Source: an uncultured Gammaproteobacteria bacterium
GTDB taxonomy: Bacteria; Patescibacteriota; Microgenomatia; Levybacterales; UBA12049
Assembly (NCBI GenBank): GCA_964461865.1
Contig: CAYWVK010000002.1
Coordinates: 1-39,306, forward strand
Direction of reading: 5' to 3'
Length of the DNA: 39,306 nt
Part shown: piece after piece, positions 1-8,864 of the stretch
How the letters are laid out: each line of letters opens with the position of its first letter
How positions within the stretch are numbered: position 1 is the first letter of the stretch
Program-made: the position numbers and the translations under genes
Notes under the pieces: generated by a model
Seen by the model: only the letters and a program-made list of their open reading frames with translations
Told to the model about the DNA's origin: nothing
The model's database searches: none

Positions 1-1704
1 AACGGAGGTCAAACCACATTTACAATTGCGGTAAATTACTCTAACGTAACTGGACCCATCACCATTACCGACCCAATACCCGACAACGCTGATTTTGTAT
101 CCTGTGACAGTTGCACAAGAGAAAAAGACTCTAGCGGAAAAGATATTGCTAAATGGATTATTAGTCCAAGCACATCACAAGACACAACATCTAACTCTTC
201 TTTTGATCAAGAAAAATTTACAAATTATGGTTTTCCCGAGCCCGATAATTCAATTACTATGGATACCACATCTTTGGAAAGATGGAAAAAAGTGATGCCT
301 CAAGCCGTTTTAGCAGCTCAGAAAACAGGAGTTGATGTAGGAATATTGGGTTGGTGGGCGTGGAAAGAAAGCGGTGGATTAGATTATTGTTTTGAAAATT
401 GTGTTAACGGAACAAATACAGTAAATAATAGCTGTTATTGTTCGCTTAACGCTGGTGATGAGTGCCTTTGGCAAGTTGGAATTTTTGGAAACCATCCTCA
501 ATATACAATTGGCTTTTTAGAAAGCGCCATGAACGAAATGCATCCCGGACTTACCCCGCAACAAGTAGGACAAGCTGTAATTGATCAGTCAAAAAATAGG
601 TGCTTAAACAGTAGAGCCATCACAAGCCCCAATGCTTTCCCTAACTACAGCCTTAGCGAAATTGTAGAAGGAGCAACCAATGACAACAGCCCAAAAAATA
701 AAGAAATGAAATCTCTCATCGCAACTCTTTACAAGGATGATGGAATAGGAGCGTATTTACTGGCTAAACATTTCGATGAAATAATAAAAAACAACAAAAA
801 ACTAGCTCAGCATATGTACGATAATTGGGGATCCTATTATGAACCGCAAAAAGTTATCAATCATATTAAGGCAATATACAATGCGGGAATTTCTGGCTCT
901 ATATCAAGTGGGGCATCTGGTACTACCTCTCTTAAAATAACATTAAAGTTAAAAGACGGTATTGAAAACGCGTATGTTGTTAATCAAGCTTTTGCTGAAA
1001 CTACGGGATCAACAATTACCACAAACAAAGGGGGTTCGGGATCAACAATTGTCATTGATCCAGGTCATAGTGGAGGAAATCTCACGCTAACTGATCCTAC
1101 AACTAACATAAAAGATGTCCAATATCATAACGTCCCCGAAACAGAAGACGTGTTTGATGTTGCAGTCATTCTTAAAAACAAACTTGAAACAGCAGGATAT
1201 AAAGTTATCATGACAAAAAATAATGCAAGCGATACGGTTTCTCACCGAAAAAGAGCAGACATAGCCAACAATGCCAATGCTTCGCTTGCGGTTAGTATTC
1301 ACACGGACTCTGGAGCCGGCTATTTTGGAACATGGGGACAAGTCTATCCACAAAAAGTTAATCTTTACAGAGAAGATATTAATGGCAACAAGGCATCGTT
1401 TACAAATAATGAAGTTGCAGCCCTTAGTCAAACATATGCCGCAACCATTGCTCAAACAAGGTCAACAGCCGAGGGGACCAATGTCTCAAATACGATTGTT
1501 AGTTTTGACAGCAGGGATGGTCTTGCCGGTGGAAACATTCCCTTGGTACAACTATGGGCAAATGTTCCCTGGGTTTACAACGAAGCTGGTGGCCCTTTAA
1601 CAGAGGCTCAAAAAAATACATATGCAGAGGGCATATTTAATGGAATTTTAAAAGTTTTACCAATCAATAACGATAATAAAACTAGCCCTAATTTGATATT
1701 ATAA
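1..1704 (+). CDS. Secreted multidomain peptidoglycan hydrolase, 5' end outside window; C-terminal N-acetylmuramoyl-L-alanine amidase (Amidase_3-like) domain
   Basis: Frame +1 has no stop from nt 1 to the first Met of the listed ORF (259), so the ORF very likely enters from upstream. The C-terminal half has amidase_3-like stretches (IVIDPGHSGG, AVSIHTDS). The central GWWAWKESGG segment is lysozyme/transglycosylase-like. The first codons (TFTIAVNYSNVTGPITITDPIPDNADF) look like a DUF11-type surface repeat. Confidence 0.7.
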   Translation, partial: NGGQTTFTIAVNYSNVTGPITITDPIPDNADFVSCDSCTREKDSSGKDIAKWIISPSTSQDTTSNSSFDQEKFTNYGFPEPDNSITMDTTSLERWKKVMPQAVLAAQKTGVDVGILGWWAWKESGGLDYCFENCVNGTNTVNNSCYCSLNAGDECLWQVGIFGNHPQYTIGFLESAMNEMHPGLTPQQVGQAVIDQSKNRCLNSRAITSPNAFPNYSLSEIVEGATNDNSPKNKEMKSLIATLYKDDGIGAYLLAKHFDEIIKNNKKLAQHMYDNWGSYYEPQKVINHIKAIYNAGISGSISSGASGTTSLKITLKLKDGIENAYVVNQAFAETTGSTITTNKGGSGSTIVIDPGHSGGNLTLTDPTTNIKDVQYHNVPETEDVFDVAVILKNKLETAGYKVIMTKNNASDTVSHRKRADIANNANASLAVSIHTDSGAGYFGTWGQVYPQKVNLYREDINGNKASFTNNEVAALSQTYAATIAQTRSTAEGTNVSNTIVSFDSRDGLAGGNIPLVQLWANVPWVYNEAGGPLTEAQKNTYAEGIFNGILKVLPINNDNKTSPNLIL

Positions 1705-1709
1705 AAAAT

Positions 1710-2408
1710 ATGTTAAATAAATCTAAACTGCTTTTTTGCACAGCAGCAATTATTTGTATTTCATTATTAGTGCCAAATTCTACATTTTCGGTTTCGTTTC
1801 CAAGCAATTGTTCTGTAGTAGAAGTGGGCGATCCATCAGGTGAGCCTGATCTCTCCAAATGCTACTCTGTTACAACTAGTGACTACGCAACTAAGGTTAT
1901 ACAAATGGCTCAAAGCCAACTAGGAAAACCATATAGCCAAGAATTAAGATGTGAACCAAGCGATTGGGACAGTTATCCTCCGCCACAAGAAGGACGCGGA
2001 TGCACATATTTCGACTGCTCTAGTCTTGCTGGTTGGGCATGGTATTGGGCAACTAATAAGTCGTTTAAAATGTGTGGTCAAACATGTTGTGATTTTGGAG
2101 ACTGTCAAAGCAAGGGCGGTTTTCACTATAATTTTAATCCTGAAAAATTCGAAAAATTTTTCCCCACCAATCTTACCTCCGATTTAAACCGATTACAACC
2201 AGGAGACCTGATATACTGGGGCGATAAACTTAAAGACGGAAGTATTCAAACATCACACGTGGCAATATTTGAAGGCTCTCTTGGAAAAAACTGTAAAGGA
2301 AACGATTGCATGATTGAAGCATGGCATGGCGTAGAAGAAAACAATTTTTCTGGTCGCTACAATCGTTTCATTGGTTTTTTAAGACCAAAACTAAACTATG
2401 GTTTATAA
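1710..2408 (+). CDS. NlpC/P60-family cell-wall cysteine peptidase, secreted
   Basis: N-terminal signal/anchor (LLFCTAAIICISLLV). Catalytic Cys context FDCSSLAGWAWY and downstream His context TSHVAIF are typical of NlpC/P60. Starts 6 nt after the amidase gene. Confidence 0.7.
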   Translation: MLNKSKLLFCTAAIICISLLVPNSTFSVSFPSNCSVVEVGDPSGEPDLSKCYSVTTSDYATKVIQMAQSQLGKPYSQELRCEPSDWDSYPPPQEGRGCTYFDCSSLAGWAWYWATNKSFKMCGQTCCDFGDCQSKGGFHYNFNPEKFEKFFPTNLTSDLNRLQPGDLIYWGDKLKDGSIQTSHVAIFEGSLGKNCKGNDCMIEAWHGVEENNFSGRYNRFIGFLRPKLNYGL

Positions 2409-2952
2409 TACACTCATGAACGCAATTCTGTTTTTTAAAAACAAAAAAATATTAATCGGCATCGCCATTATTCTCGTCTTTGCACTTAGCATTCTCATTA
2501 GCAATATAAGCAACCAAAGGGATGAAGAAAAGAACAATAACATAAACACTACAACCACCGAAAACAACAGAATAAAAACAACAACAACATTAAACCCCAC
2601 ACCAAGTCCAATGATATATCTAAAAAACGATGAATTATTAAAAAATAATGACAAAAACGAAATAGAAGATCTTTTATATAATGTTACTGGATTTAAAAAA
2701 GAAGATATATTTTTTTCCGGATATTACCTGTTGGAAGAGTGGGCAATAGTTTCTATCGAGCCCAAAGAGAAACTAATAGATGCAACAAATACTGTTCTAA
2801 AAAAAGAAAATGGAAAATGGACCATCGTTGAAGGACCAGCTACTTATTTTGACAAAAACGAATTAATAAAAAAAGGTGCACCAGCAGAGATTTCCGAAAA
2901 AGCAGAAATCGTACCCATATCGATAATTTTTGAAATTATTCCTGAACCCTGA
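2398..2952 (+). CDS. Hypothetical N-terminally membrane-anchored protein
   Basis: 184-aa ORF overlapping the previous gene by 11 nt. One TM helix (ILIGIAIILVFALSILI), then an Asn/Thr-rich linker and a globular C-terminus. No family recognised. Alternative ATG at 2416. Confidence 0.5.
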   Translation: MVYNTLMNAILFFKNKKILIGIAIILVFALSILISNISNQRDEEKNNNINTTTTENNRIKTTTTLNPTPSPMIYLKNDELLKNNDKNEIEDLLYNVTGFKKEDIFFSGYYLLEEWAIVSIEPKEKLIDATNTVLKKENGKWTIVEGPATYFDKNELIKKGAPAEISEKAEIVPISIIFEIIPEP

Positions 2953-4045
2953 TTGGCATTATTAAGTGAAGATATGTATTGTCCCCTTTTATTTTAAATA
3001 CTCCTGGATTTAATGGGCCGGACATTTCAAAAACCATTGTCTCCGCATCTATATTTGACAAAAGCTCTAATAAATATCTTGCATTAAAAGCAATTTCGTT
3101 TTCTTCTCCCTGAATGGTAGAGTCAATTTCAACAGAGTTTTCTCCAACAGAAGGGGTATTTGCGGACACTCTTATCTTGTCTTTTTCAATTGCCATTTTT
3201 ATAATATTGGCTGTTTCCCTGGCAAAAACCGAACATCTTCTTACTGCTGCTAACAACTCTTCTTTATCAAACTCTGCTTTTGTTGAAAAATCAACAGGAA
3301 GAATTTTTTCATACTCCGGATATTCTGCCTCTATAAGTCTTCCAACCAGTATTGTCTTGCCCCTTGAAAAAATCACTTGGTTGCTTTCTTGTGAAACGAA
3401 AAGTTCGATCTTTTCACTCTCGTCTATCATTGCCAGTAATTCCTTTATAACTCTGGAAGGGATCAAAAGCTCTTTTTCGGTTTTTGTTTTTATGTCTACT
3501 CCGATGTTTTTCTTTAATGAAAGCCTAAATCCATCTGTTGCAACCGCAATTACGCCTCCCCCTTCTTTTTCTAAAAGTACGCCTGAAAGAGCAGGTCTTC
3601 CACTGTCTTGGCTTGCCGAAAAAACAACTCCCTTTAATTCTTCTTTTATTTTTTCTGCGCTTGTTTCTGTTAGTTTTTCTCCTTTTTTGTCATATATCCT
3701 TGGGAAGTCCTCTTTTGGCATTGTCTGAAAAACCGCTTTTGTTTTTTCTCCTTTTAAATAAAGATTTGTTTCTTTTAGTTCAAGTGTTATTTTTTCTTTT
3801 TCAAAGCTTGAAAGAAGATCAAAAAATGTCTTTGCTAAAACCGTTGCTTCCCCTTCTTTTTCTACAACGGCAGGAACGGATGTTGTTATTCCTATTTCAA
3901 GGTCCGTTGCGCTTATGTGTAGTTCTCCTTTTTTTGCTTCTAGGAGAAAATTTGAAAGTATGGGTAATTGTGTTTTTGTAGAAACAGCATGGTTAACAAA
4001 ACCAAGTTTTTCTTTTATGTTTTCTGTTAAAAAAGTTACTTTCAT
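2936..4045 (-). CDS. dnaN: DNA polymerase III beta subunit (sliding clamp)
   Basis: 369 aa, directly downstream of dnaA. Typical clamp N-terminus (MKVTFLTENIKEKLGFVNHAVSTKTQLPILSNFLLEA) and C-terminal LNPGVF...YLHLIMPIRV. Confidence 0.95.
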   Translation of the reverse strand: MKVTFLTENIKEKLGFVNHAVSTKTQLPILSNFLLEAKKGELHISATDLEIGITTSVPAVVEKEGEATVLAKTFFDLLSSFEKEKITLELKETNLYLKGEKTKAVFQTMPKEDFPRIYDKKGEKLTETSAEKIKEELKGVVFSASQDSGRPALSGVLLEKEGGGVIAVATDGFRLSLKKNIGVDIKTKTEKELLIPSRVIKELLAMIDESEKIELFVSQESNQVIFSRGKTILVGRLIEAEYPEYEKILPVDFSTKAEFDKEELLAAVRRCSVFARETANIIKMAIEKDKIRVSANTPSVGENSVEIDSTIQGEENEIAFNARYLLELLSNIDAETMVFEMSGPLNPGVFKIKGDNTYLHLIMPIRVQE

Positions 4046-4122
4046 TTAAGTATATATACACTAATAGTTGTAGTAGTTTATAGGGAAAAGTGGAAAAAAG
4101 CAACAAGGCAAGAGTAAAAAAA

Positions 4123-4188
4123 TGTTGATATCCTGTTGATAACTTTGTGGATTTTCTGTTGAAAACCCAAAAAGCAATTTAATCCACA
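4123..4188. promoter_or_regulatory. DnaA-box-like cluster in dnaA-dnaN spacer (candidate oriC part)
   Basis: Same-orientation TGTGGATAA-like 9-mers at 4123 (TGTTGATAT), 4134 (TGTTGATAA), 4146 (TGTGGATTT) and 4157 (TGTTGAAAA), spaced 11-12 nt. Opposite-orientation TAATCCACA at 4180-4188. AT-rich tract 4046-4085 lies next to it. Confidence 0.5.
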
Positions 4189-5522
4189 ATTTTTCCCTTA
4201 TTAAACTGTGTTATCCCCATTATTTCTTGTTGAAAAATTTTATTTTTTAACATAGCTTCTATTTTTTCAACACCATGTATTACGGTTGTGTGGTCTCTTC
4301 CCCCAAGCAGGTTTCCTATTTCAACGTAGGTAAGCTTCATTTCTTTTTTTAACAGAAACATGGCAATTTGGCGCGCTTTAACCAAAAAGGCATCTCTTTT
4401 CTCTCCCTTTATCTGTGTTGTTTTAATTTTATAAAAAGAACAAACAGCTTTAATTATTTCTTCCGGATGAAAACTGGCCCCCTCTTCCTCCTCGTTTAAA
4501 AACAGGGCTTTTTTTATAGCCTCATCAATGTCGCCTCTTGTTTTTGCATCTGTAATAACTCGTAAGAGTATGCCCTCCAGTTCCCTTGCGTCTCTTTCTT
4601 TTTCCGCTATTTTTTTTGCTGCCTCTATTGGAAGATTAAAGCCTCTTTTTTCCGCTTTTATTAAAAGAATTGCTGTTCTTAATTCAAAATCAGGTGATTC
4701 AATGTCAACCGTTAATCCCCCGGCGAACCTTGAAAGTAGTCTTTTTTCAACTTTTTTCATTTCGTTTGGCGGTCTATCTGACGAAAGGACAATTTGAGCC
4801 CCTCTGTCCACCAAAACATTAAAGGTGTGAAAAAGCTCTTCTTGCACTTTTTCTTTTCCGGCAACAAATTGGATGTCATCAATGATAAGTAGGTCTAAGT
4901 TTCTAAATTTTTTCTTTAAATATCCGGTTGCATTTGTCCTTATTGCTTCAACTACTTCATTGGTAAACTCCTCGCTGGTTATGTAGATGATTTTTTTATT
5001 AGGCTCATTTTTGTATAAGTCATTGGCAATTGCTTGCATTAAATGGGTTTTTCCTACTCCGACTGGTCCATAGATAAACAATGGGTTGTATGCTTTTCCT
5101 ATTTTTTTGGCAACAGTAGATGCGCTTACAAAGGCAAGTTGGTTGCTTGATGAAACAGCTAGGCTTTCAAAGGTATAATCCGGTCTTACTCTTGGAAGAT
5201 GGCCGATTGTTTTTTTTATAATTTCCGGTTCTGAAAAAAGAGGCCCCACTTTTGTATCCTTTTTTTCTTCGATTATTGTCTTTGGCACAAAGACAAGTTT
5301 TGTATCAAGGTTAGTGTGCTTGTCGGTAATTTTTTTTATGATGTCATAAAATCTTCGCTGTAGAAGATCTATGATCATTCCTGATGGGGCTGCAATTGTT
5401 GCAACATTATCCTGAAGGGAGATTAACGAGGTTCTTTTAAATAGGGTTAGAAAGTTAGCCCTTGATACCTCTATCTCAGCCTCTCCTAAGATTTTGTCCC
5501 ACAGCTTTTTTGTGTCATCCAT
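4179..5522 (-). CDS. dnaA: Chromosomal replication initiator protein DnaA
   Basis: 447 aa. Walker A GPVGVGKTHL, Walker B LLIIDDIQF, and the C-terminal DNA-binding signature GGRDHTTVIHGVEKI. Confidence 0.97.
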   Translation of the reverse strand: MDDTKKLWDKILGEAEIEVSRANFLTLFKRTSLISLQDNVATIAAPSGMIIDLLQRRFYDIIKKITDKHTNLDTKLVFVPKTIIEEKKDTKVGPLFSEPEIIKKTIGHLPRVRPDYTFESLAVSSSNQLAFVSASTVAKKIGKAYNPLFIYGPVGVGKTHLMQAIANDLYKNEPNKKIIYITSEEFTNEVVEAIRTNATGYLKKKFRNLDLLIIDDIQFVAGKEKVQEELFHTFNVLVDRGAQIVLSSDRPPNEMKKVEKRLLSRFAGGLTVDIESPDFELRTAILLIKAEKRGFNLPIEAAKKIAEKERDARELEGILLRVITDAKTRGDIDEAIKKALFLNEEEEGASFHPEEIIKAVCSFYKIKTTQIKGEKRDAFLVKARQIAMFLLKKEMKLTYVEIGNLLGGRDHTTVIHGVEKIEAMLKNKIFQQEIMGITQFNKGKIVD

Positions 5523-5542
5523 AGTATAGTGGAGTTTAATAA

Positions 5543-5579
5543 TGTGGATAACTTTTTGTCAAGTAGAAGAAGTGGATAA
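5543..5579. promoter_or_regulatory. DnaA boxes in dnaA/rpmH divergent spacer (candidate oriC / dnaA autoregulation)
   Basis: Perfect box TGTGGATAA (TTATCCACA on the other strand) at 5543-5551 and AGTGGATAA at 5571-5579. Confidence 0.6.
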
Positions 5580-5633
5580 AACTAGGTCTTTTTTAAATAT
5601 ATAATTATTCTGCTTTTAAAAAGGAATAAAGTT

Positions 5634-5642
5634 TGCTATACT
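5634..5642 (+). promoter_or_regulatory. Extended -10 promoter element upstream of rpmH
   Basis: TGCTATACT (TGnTAnAnT) 11 nt upstream of the rpmH ATG. No Shine-Dalgarno in between. Confidence 0.4.
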
Positions 5643-5653
5643 TGAAACTTGTT

Positions 5654-5788
5654 ATGGAGAGATTAACAAAACCTAAAAAGGTTAAAAGAAAAAGAAAACA
5701 CGGCTTTTTAAAAAGATCAACAACAAGAAGCGGAAGACATGTTCTTAAAAGAAGAAGAGACAGTAAGAGAAAGAAACTGACTGTCTAA
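5654..5788 (+). CDS. rpmH: 50S ribosomal protein L34
   Basis: Not in the ORF track (<60 aa). ATG 5654 to TAA 5786-5788 gives 44 aa: [44 protein letters not shown]. This is the basic L34 pattern (KR.RxHGF...G..VL.RRR..R..LTV), in the canonical position upstream of rnpA. Confidence 0.9.
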   Translation: MERLTKPKKVKRKRKHGFLKRSTTRSGRHVLKRRRDSKRKKLTV

Positions 5789-5794
5789 TAAGTA

Positions 5795-6136
5795 ATGCTT
5801 AAAAAAGAACATCGGCTGTCTATTAAAGGGAAGCTTAAGACAATTAAGACAATACATACCCCCTACTTTATTTTAAAAACAGCAAAAAGTGAAAACGGGG
5901 TAAAATTTGGAATAATTGTAGGAAAAAAAGTAGACAAAAGAGCAGTTGTTAGAAATAGGATTAAAAGGCAATTAAATGAAGCGATTAGCAAATGTATTCC
6001 ATGGGTAATACCGGGAAATGATTTTTTAATAATAGTAAAAAAAGAAGCATTACAAAAAGAAACAGAGAAACTAACAACAGAGCTTAAAAAAGTACTTAGT
6101 AAAGAGGGTTATTTAAATGAAGAAAATTTTGATTAA
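5795..6136 (+). CDS. rnpA: Ribonuclease P protein component
   Basis: 113 aa, basic, with the RNR motif region (KRAVVRNRIKRQLNEAI). Synteny rpmH-rnpA-yidD-yidC. Confidence 0.9.
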   Translation: MLKKEHRLSIKGKLKTIKTIHTPYFILKTAKSENGVKFGIIVGKKVDKRAVVRNRIKRQLNEAISKCIPWVIPGNDFLIIVKKEALQKETEKLTTELKKVLSKEGYLNEENFD

Positions 6137-6329
6137 TTTAATTTCAATATATCAATTGATAATAAATGGTGTTTTAAAAAACGTAATTGGCGTTAATAAA
6201 TTCTGTCGTTTTGAAGTTAGCTGTTCCGAATACGCAAAACAAAAAATAAATGAAAAAGGAGCACTTAGGGGATTAGGATTTGCACTGATAAGAGTTTTAA
6301 GGTGTCATCCTTTTACAAAAACAGTATAA
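6117..6329 (+). CDS. yidD: Membrane protein insertion efficiency factor YidD
   Basis: 70 aa with the hallmark CRFEVSCSEYA...LRCHPF. Confidence 0.9.
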   Translation: MKKILINLISIYQLIINGVLKNVIGVNKFCRFEVSCSEYAKQKINEKGALRGLGFALIRVLRCHPFTKTV

Positions 6330-6338
6330 TAAGAAAAT

Positions 6339-7139
6339 ATGAATTTTGATACATTAATAATTAATCCAATAACAAATATCTTGGTTATTGTTTACTATTT
6401 TTTAAACCTTATTAATTTTCCTTATGCGCTTGGTTTTTCGATTATTGCCTTAACGGTAATAATTAGGCTTGTTCTTTATCCCCTAATGTCATCGCAGCTT
6501 AAAGCTTCAAAAAAAATGCAAGAAGTAGGGCCTCATTTAAAGAAAATAAAAGAAAAACACAAAGGAAATCCACAAATGCTTCAACAGGAAACAATGAAAT
6601 TGTATAAAGAGTTTGGCATTAATCCGGCTGCAGGATGTTTGCCGGTGATAATACAAATTCCAATTATTTGGGGATTATATGCAGTTCTTCAAAAAGTCAT
6701 AACACTAGAGCCGGATGTCATCAATAAGGTAATTTATTTTGATGTTTTTAAATTAACTAAGGTATGGGATCAGTATTTTCTTGGTCTCCCGCTTGCCCAA
6801 AGCCCTTCTCAGTTAATCTCAACACTTGGGCCAATGATATTAGTGGTTCCTGTTTTAACCGGGTTATTCCAGTATATTCAATCAAAAATGCTTATACCTG
6901 AAGCAAAAAAGGGAGAGATTGTGCAAAAAGACAAAAAAGAAGACTTTGCAACTTCGTTTCAAAAACAAACAATGTATCTTTTCCCATTAATGATTGGATT
7001 TTTCTCTTATACATTTTCAATAGGATTGTCTTTGTATTGGAATACTTTTACGGTTTTTGGTATTATACAGCAGTATAAAATCTCTGGGCTAGGTGGTCTT
7101 AAGGCATGGAGGGATAAATTATATGGCAAAAAAGGATAA
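6339..7139 (+). CDS. yidC: Membrane protein insertase YidC (short form)
   Basis: 266 aa, multi-TM. LKASKKMQEVGPHLKKIKEKHKG...LYKEFGINPAAGCLP matches the YidC/Oxa1 core. Confidence 0.92.
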   Translation: MNFDTLIINPITNILVIVYYFLNLINFPYALGFSIIALTVIIRLVLYPLMSSQLKASKKMQEVGPHLKKIKEKHKGNPQMLQQETMKLYKEFGINPAAGCLPVIIQIPIIWGLYAVLQKVITLEPDVINKVIYFDVFKLTKVWDQYFLGLPLAQSPSQLISTLGPMILVVPVLTGLFQYIQSKMLIPEAKKGEIVQKDKKEDFATSFQKQTMYLFPLMIGFFSYTFSIGLSLYWNTFTVFGIIQQYKISGLGGLKAWRDKLYGKKG

Positions 7140-7578
7140 TAAAGAAAAAATAGAAAAAGTTGTTAAAAAACTACTGGATGGACTCGAGCTTAATGCAAAA
7201 TTTGAAATAGAAGAAAAAGAAGAAGAAATCGCAATAGCTTTAGAAACAGAAGACACAGGAATGGTTATTGGCTACCACGGAGATACCCTTGAATCGTTAC
7301 AGTTAATATTGTCATTGTGTATAGCAAAAGAATTAGGTGAATTTAAAAGAGTATCAATTGAAGCAGGCGGATATAAAAAACAAAGAGAAGAATGGCTAAG
7401 TAATTTGGCAATGGAAAGTAAAGACAGGGCAATTAATGAGAATAGGGAAATATTTTTAAGAAATCTTAAATCATGGGAAAGAAGAATAGTTCATATAGCA
7501 TTAAAAGACGATGAAAGTGTTATGTCAGAATCCGTAGGCGAAGGAAACGAGAGAATGCTTGTTATAAGACCGCGATAA
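7123..7578 (+). CDS. jag: Jag/KhpB-type RNA-binding protein (KH + R3H)
   Basis: GYHGDTLESLQLILSL (KH-like) and ERRIVHIALKDDESVMSESVGEGNERMLVIRP (R3H). The track ORF starts at GTG 7093. I prefer ATG 7123, which is preceded by GGAGGG at 7108-7113. Confidence 0.85.
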   Translation: MAKKDNKEKIEKVVKKLLDGLELNAKFEIEEKEEEIAIALETEDTGMVIGYHGDTLESLQLILSLCIAKELGEFKRVSIEAGGYKKQREEWLSNLAMESKDRAINENREIFLRNLKSWERRIVHIALKDDESVMSESVGEGNERMLVIRPR

Positions 7579-7580
7579 AT

Positions 7581-8855
7581 GTGTCAAATAAATTAAAGAA
7601 ATTTGAACAGACAATTTTTTACCTCTTAATATTGTTTTTGCCCACACAATTAGGATTTCATTTCTGGCCGGATTTTTCTTATGTTTATGGTTTAAGAATT
7701 GATTATCTTTCTCCAACTATTTATTTAACAGACATTTTAATTTTACTTTTATTAATTACGTTTCTTATTAAATGGTTTTTGTATAAGAAAAAAATTAATT
7801 TTAATAGTTTTAAAAAAAATAACTGGCTTTTTGTTTGGTTGTTTTTAATTATATCCGGAATAATTATCTCAAGGACTCCCCTGTTGGGTGCATATGGTTT
7901 ACTTAAGCTTTTGGAGTTTATTTTTTTCGGAATATATACGGCTAAAATTTTAAGCAATAAAAATGTTTTTAAAAAAACCGTATTGTTTTTAGCAATAGGG
8001 GTAATTTTTGAGGGATTATTGTCAGTTGGCCAATTTTATAATCAGAGTTCGTTAAATGGACTATTTTATTTTTTAGGAGAAAGAACATTTAGTGGACAAA
8101 CAATAGGAATTGCCAATGCCTCTTTAAATGGTCAATTAGTGCTTCGCCCTTACGCTACTTTTTCTCACCCTAATGTTTTGGCTTCATTTTTACTTTTATC
8201 CTTAGTATTTATTTATTTTGCCCCAAAATATAAAAGAAAAATTATTTATTATTTAGCTTTTGTTATTGGTTTAATTTCATTGATGCTAACAATGAGTAGG
8301 ATAGCGATTATTCTTTGCTTACTGTTAATATTTTTATTCGTAATAAAAAAAAGTTTAAAAAAAGAAACATTAATTTTATTACTTATCATTTTTTTAGTGA
8401 TAATTACTTCTCCTTTAAGATTTCGTTTTATAGGTATTGGTTTTGATGATTTAGCAATTACACAAAGATATGAATTAATGCAGGCTTCATTATTAATAAT
8501 AAAAAATAATTTTATTATTGGTACAGGAATTAATAATTACTTTATTCATTTAGCTGATTGCCTAACGGTTCAAAAAGAATTTTTCCTTCAACCTGTACAC
8601 AACATCTTTTTATTAATAGCAATGCAAACAGGATTTTTTGGTCTTGTTTTTTTTATGTGGTATTTAAAAAAAACCATTTATTTTATAAAAGAAAAAACAA
8701 AAGATAAAAAAGTTGTATTAGCTAAAACAATTTTATTTTGTTTAATTTTAACGCTTGGATTTTTTGATCATTACTTTTTAACTATTCAACAAGGACAATT
8801 ATTATTTTCCCTTACCTTCGGTTTCCTCTGGTCAGAGGTTAAGTCTTTCAGTTAG
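7581..8855 (+). CDS. O-antigen ligase/polymerase-like (Wzy_C family) membrane protein
   Basis: 424 aa, about 10+ TM helices. MSRIAIILCLLL and PVHNIFLLIAMQTGFFG segments are typical of the O-antigen ligase family. GTG start. Confidence 0.7.
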   Translation: MSNKLKKFEQTIFYLLILFLPTQLGFHFWPDFSYVYGLRIDYLSPTIYLTDILILLLLITFLIKWFLYKKKINFNSFKKNNWLFVWLFLIISGIIISRTPLLGAYGLLKLLEFIFFGIYTAKILSNKNVFKKTVLFLAIGVIFEGLLSVGQFYNQSSLNGLFYFLGERTFSGQTIGIANASLNGQLVLRPYATFSHPNVLASFLLLSLVFIYFAPKYKRKIIYYLAFVIGLISLMLTMSRIAIILCLLLIFLFVIKKSLKKETLILLLIIFLVIITSPLRFRFIGIGFDDLAITQRYELMQASLLIIKNNFIIGTGINNYFIHLADCLTVQKEFFLQPVHNIFLLIAMQTGFFGLVFFMWYLKKTIYFIKEKTKDKKVVLAKTILFCLILTLGFFDHYFLTIQQGQLLFSLTFGFLWSEVKSFS

Positions 8856-8864
8856 AATTAAATT

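Noticed and set aside
95-295. 66-aa ORF at the window start
   Set aside because: It lies out of frame inside the long frame +1 ORF, which is open from nt 1 and continues into the amidase protein.
3114-3981. Long + strand ORFs (204 aa, 147 aa) inside dnaN, and similar antisense ORFs inside dnaA, the DUF4012 gene, valS, the P-type ATPase, rpoD, dcm and others
   Set aside because: They lie antisense or out of frame within confidently identified conserved genes and have biased Ser/Leu/Phe-rich composition. They are shadow ORFs typical of AT-rich DNA.
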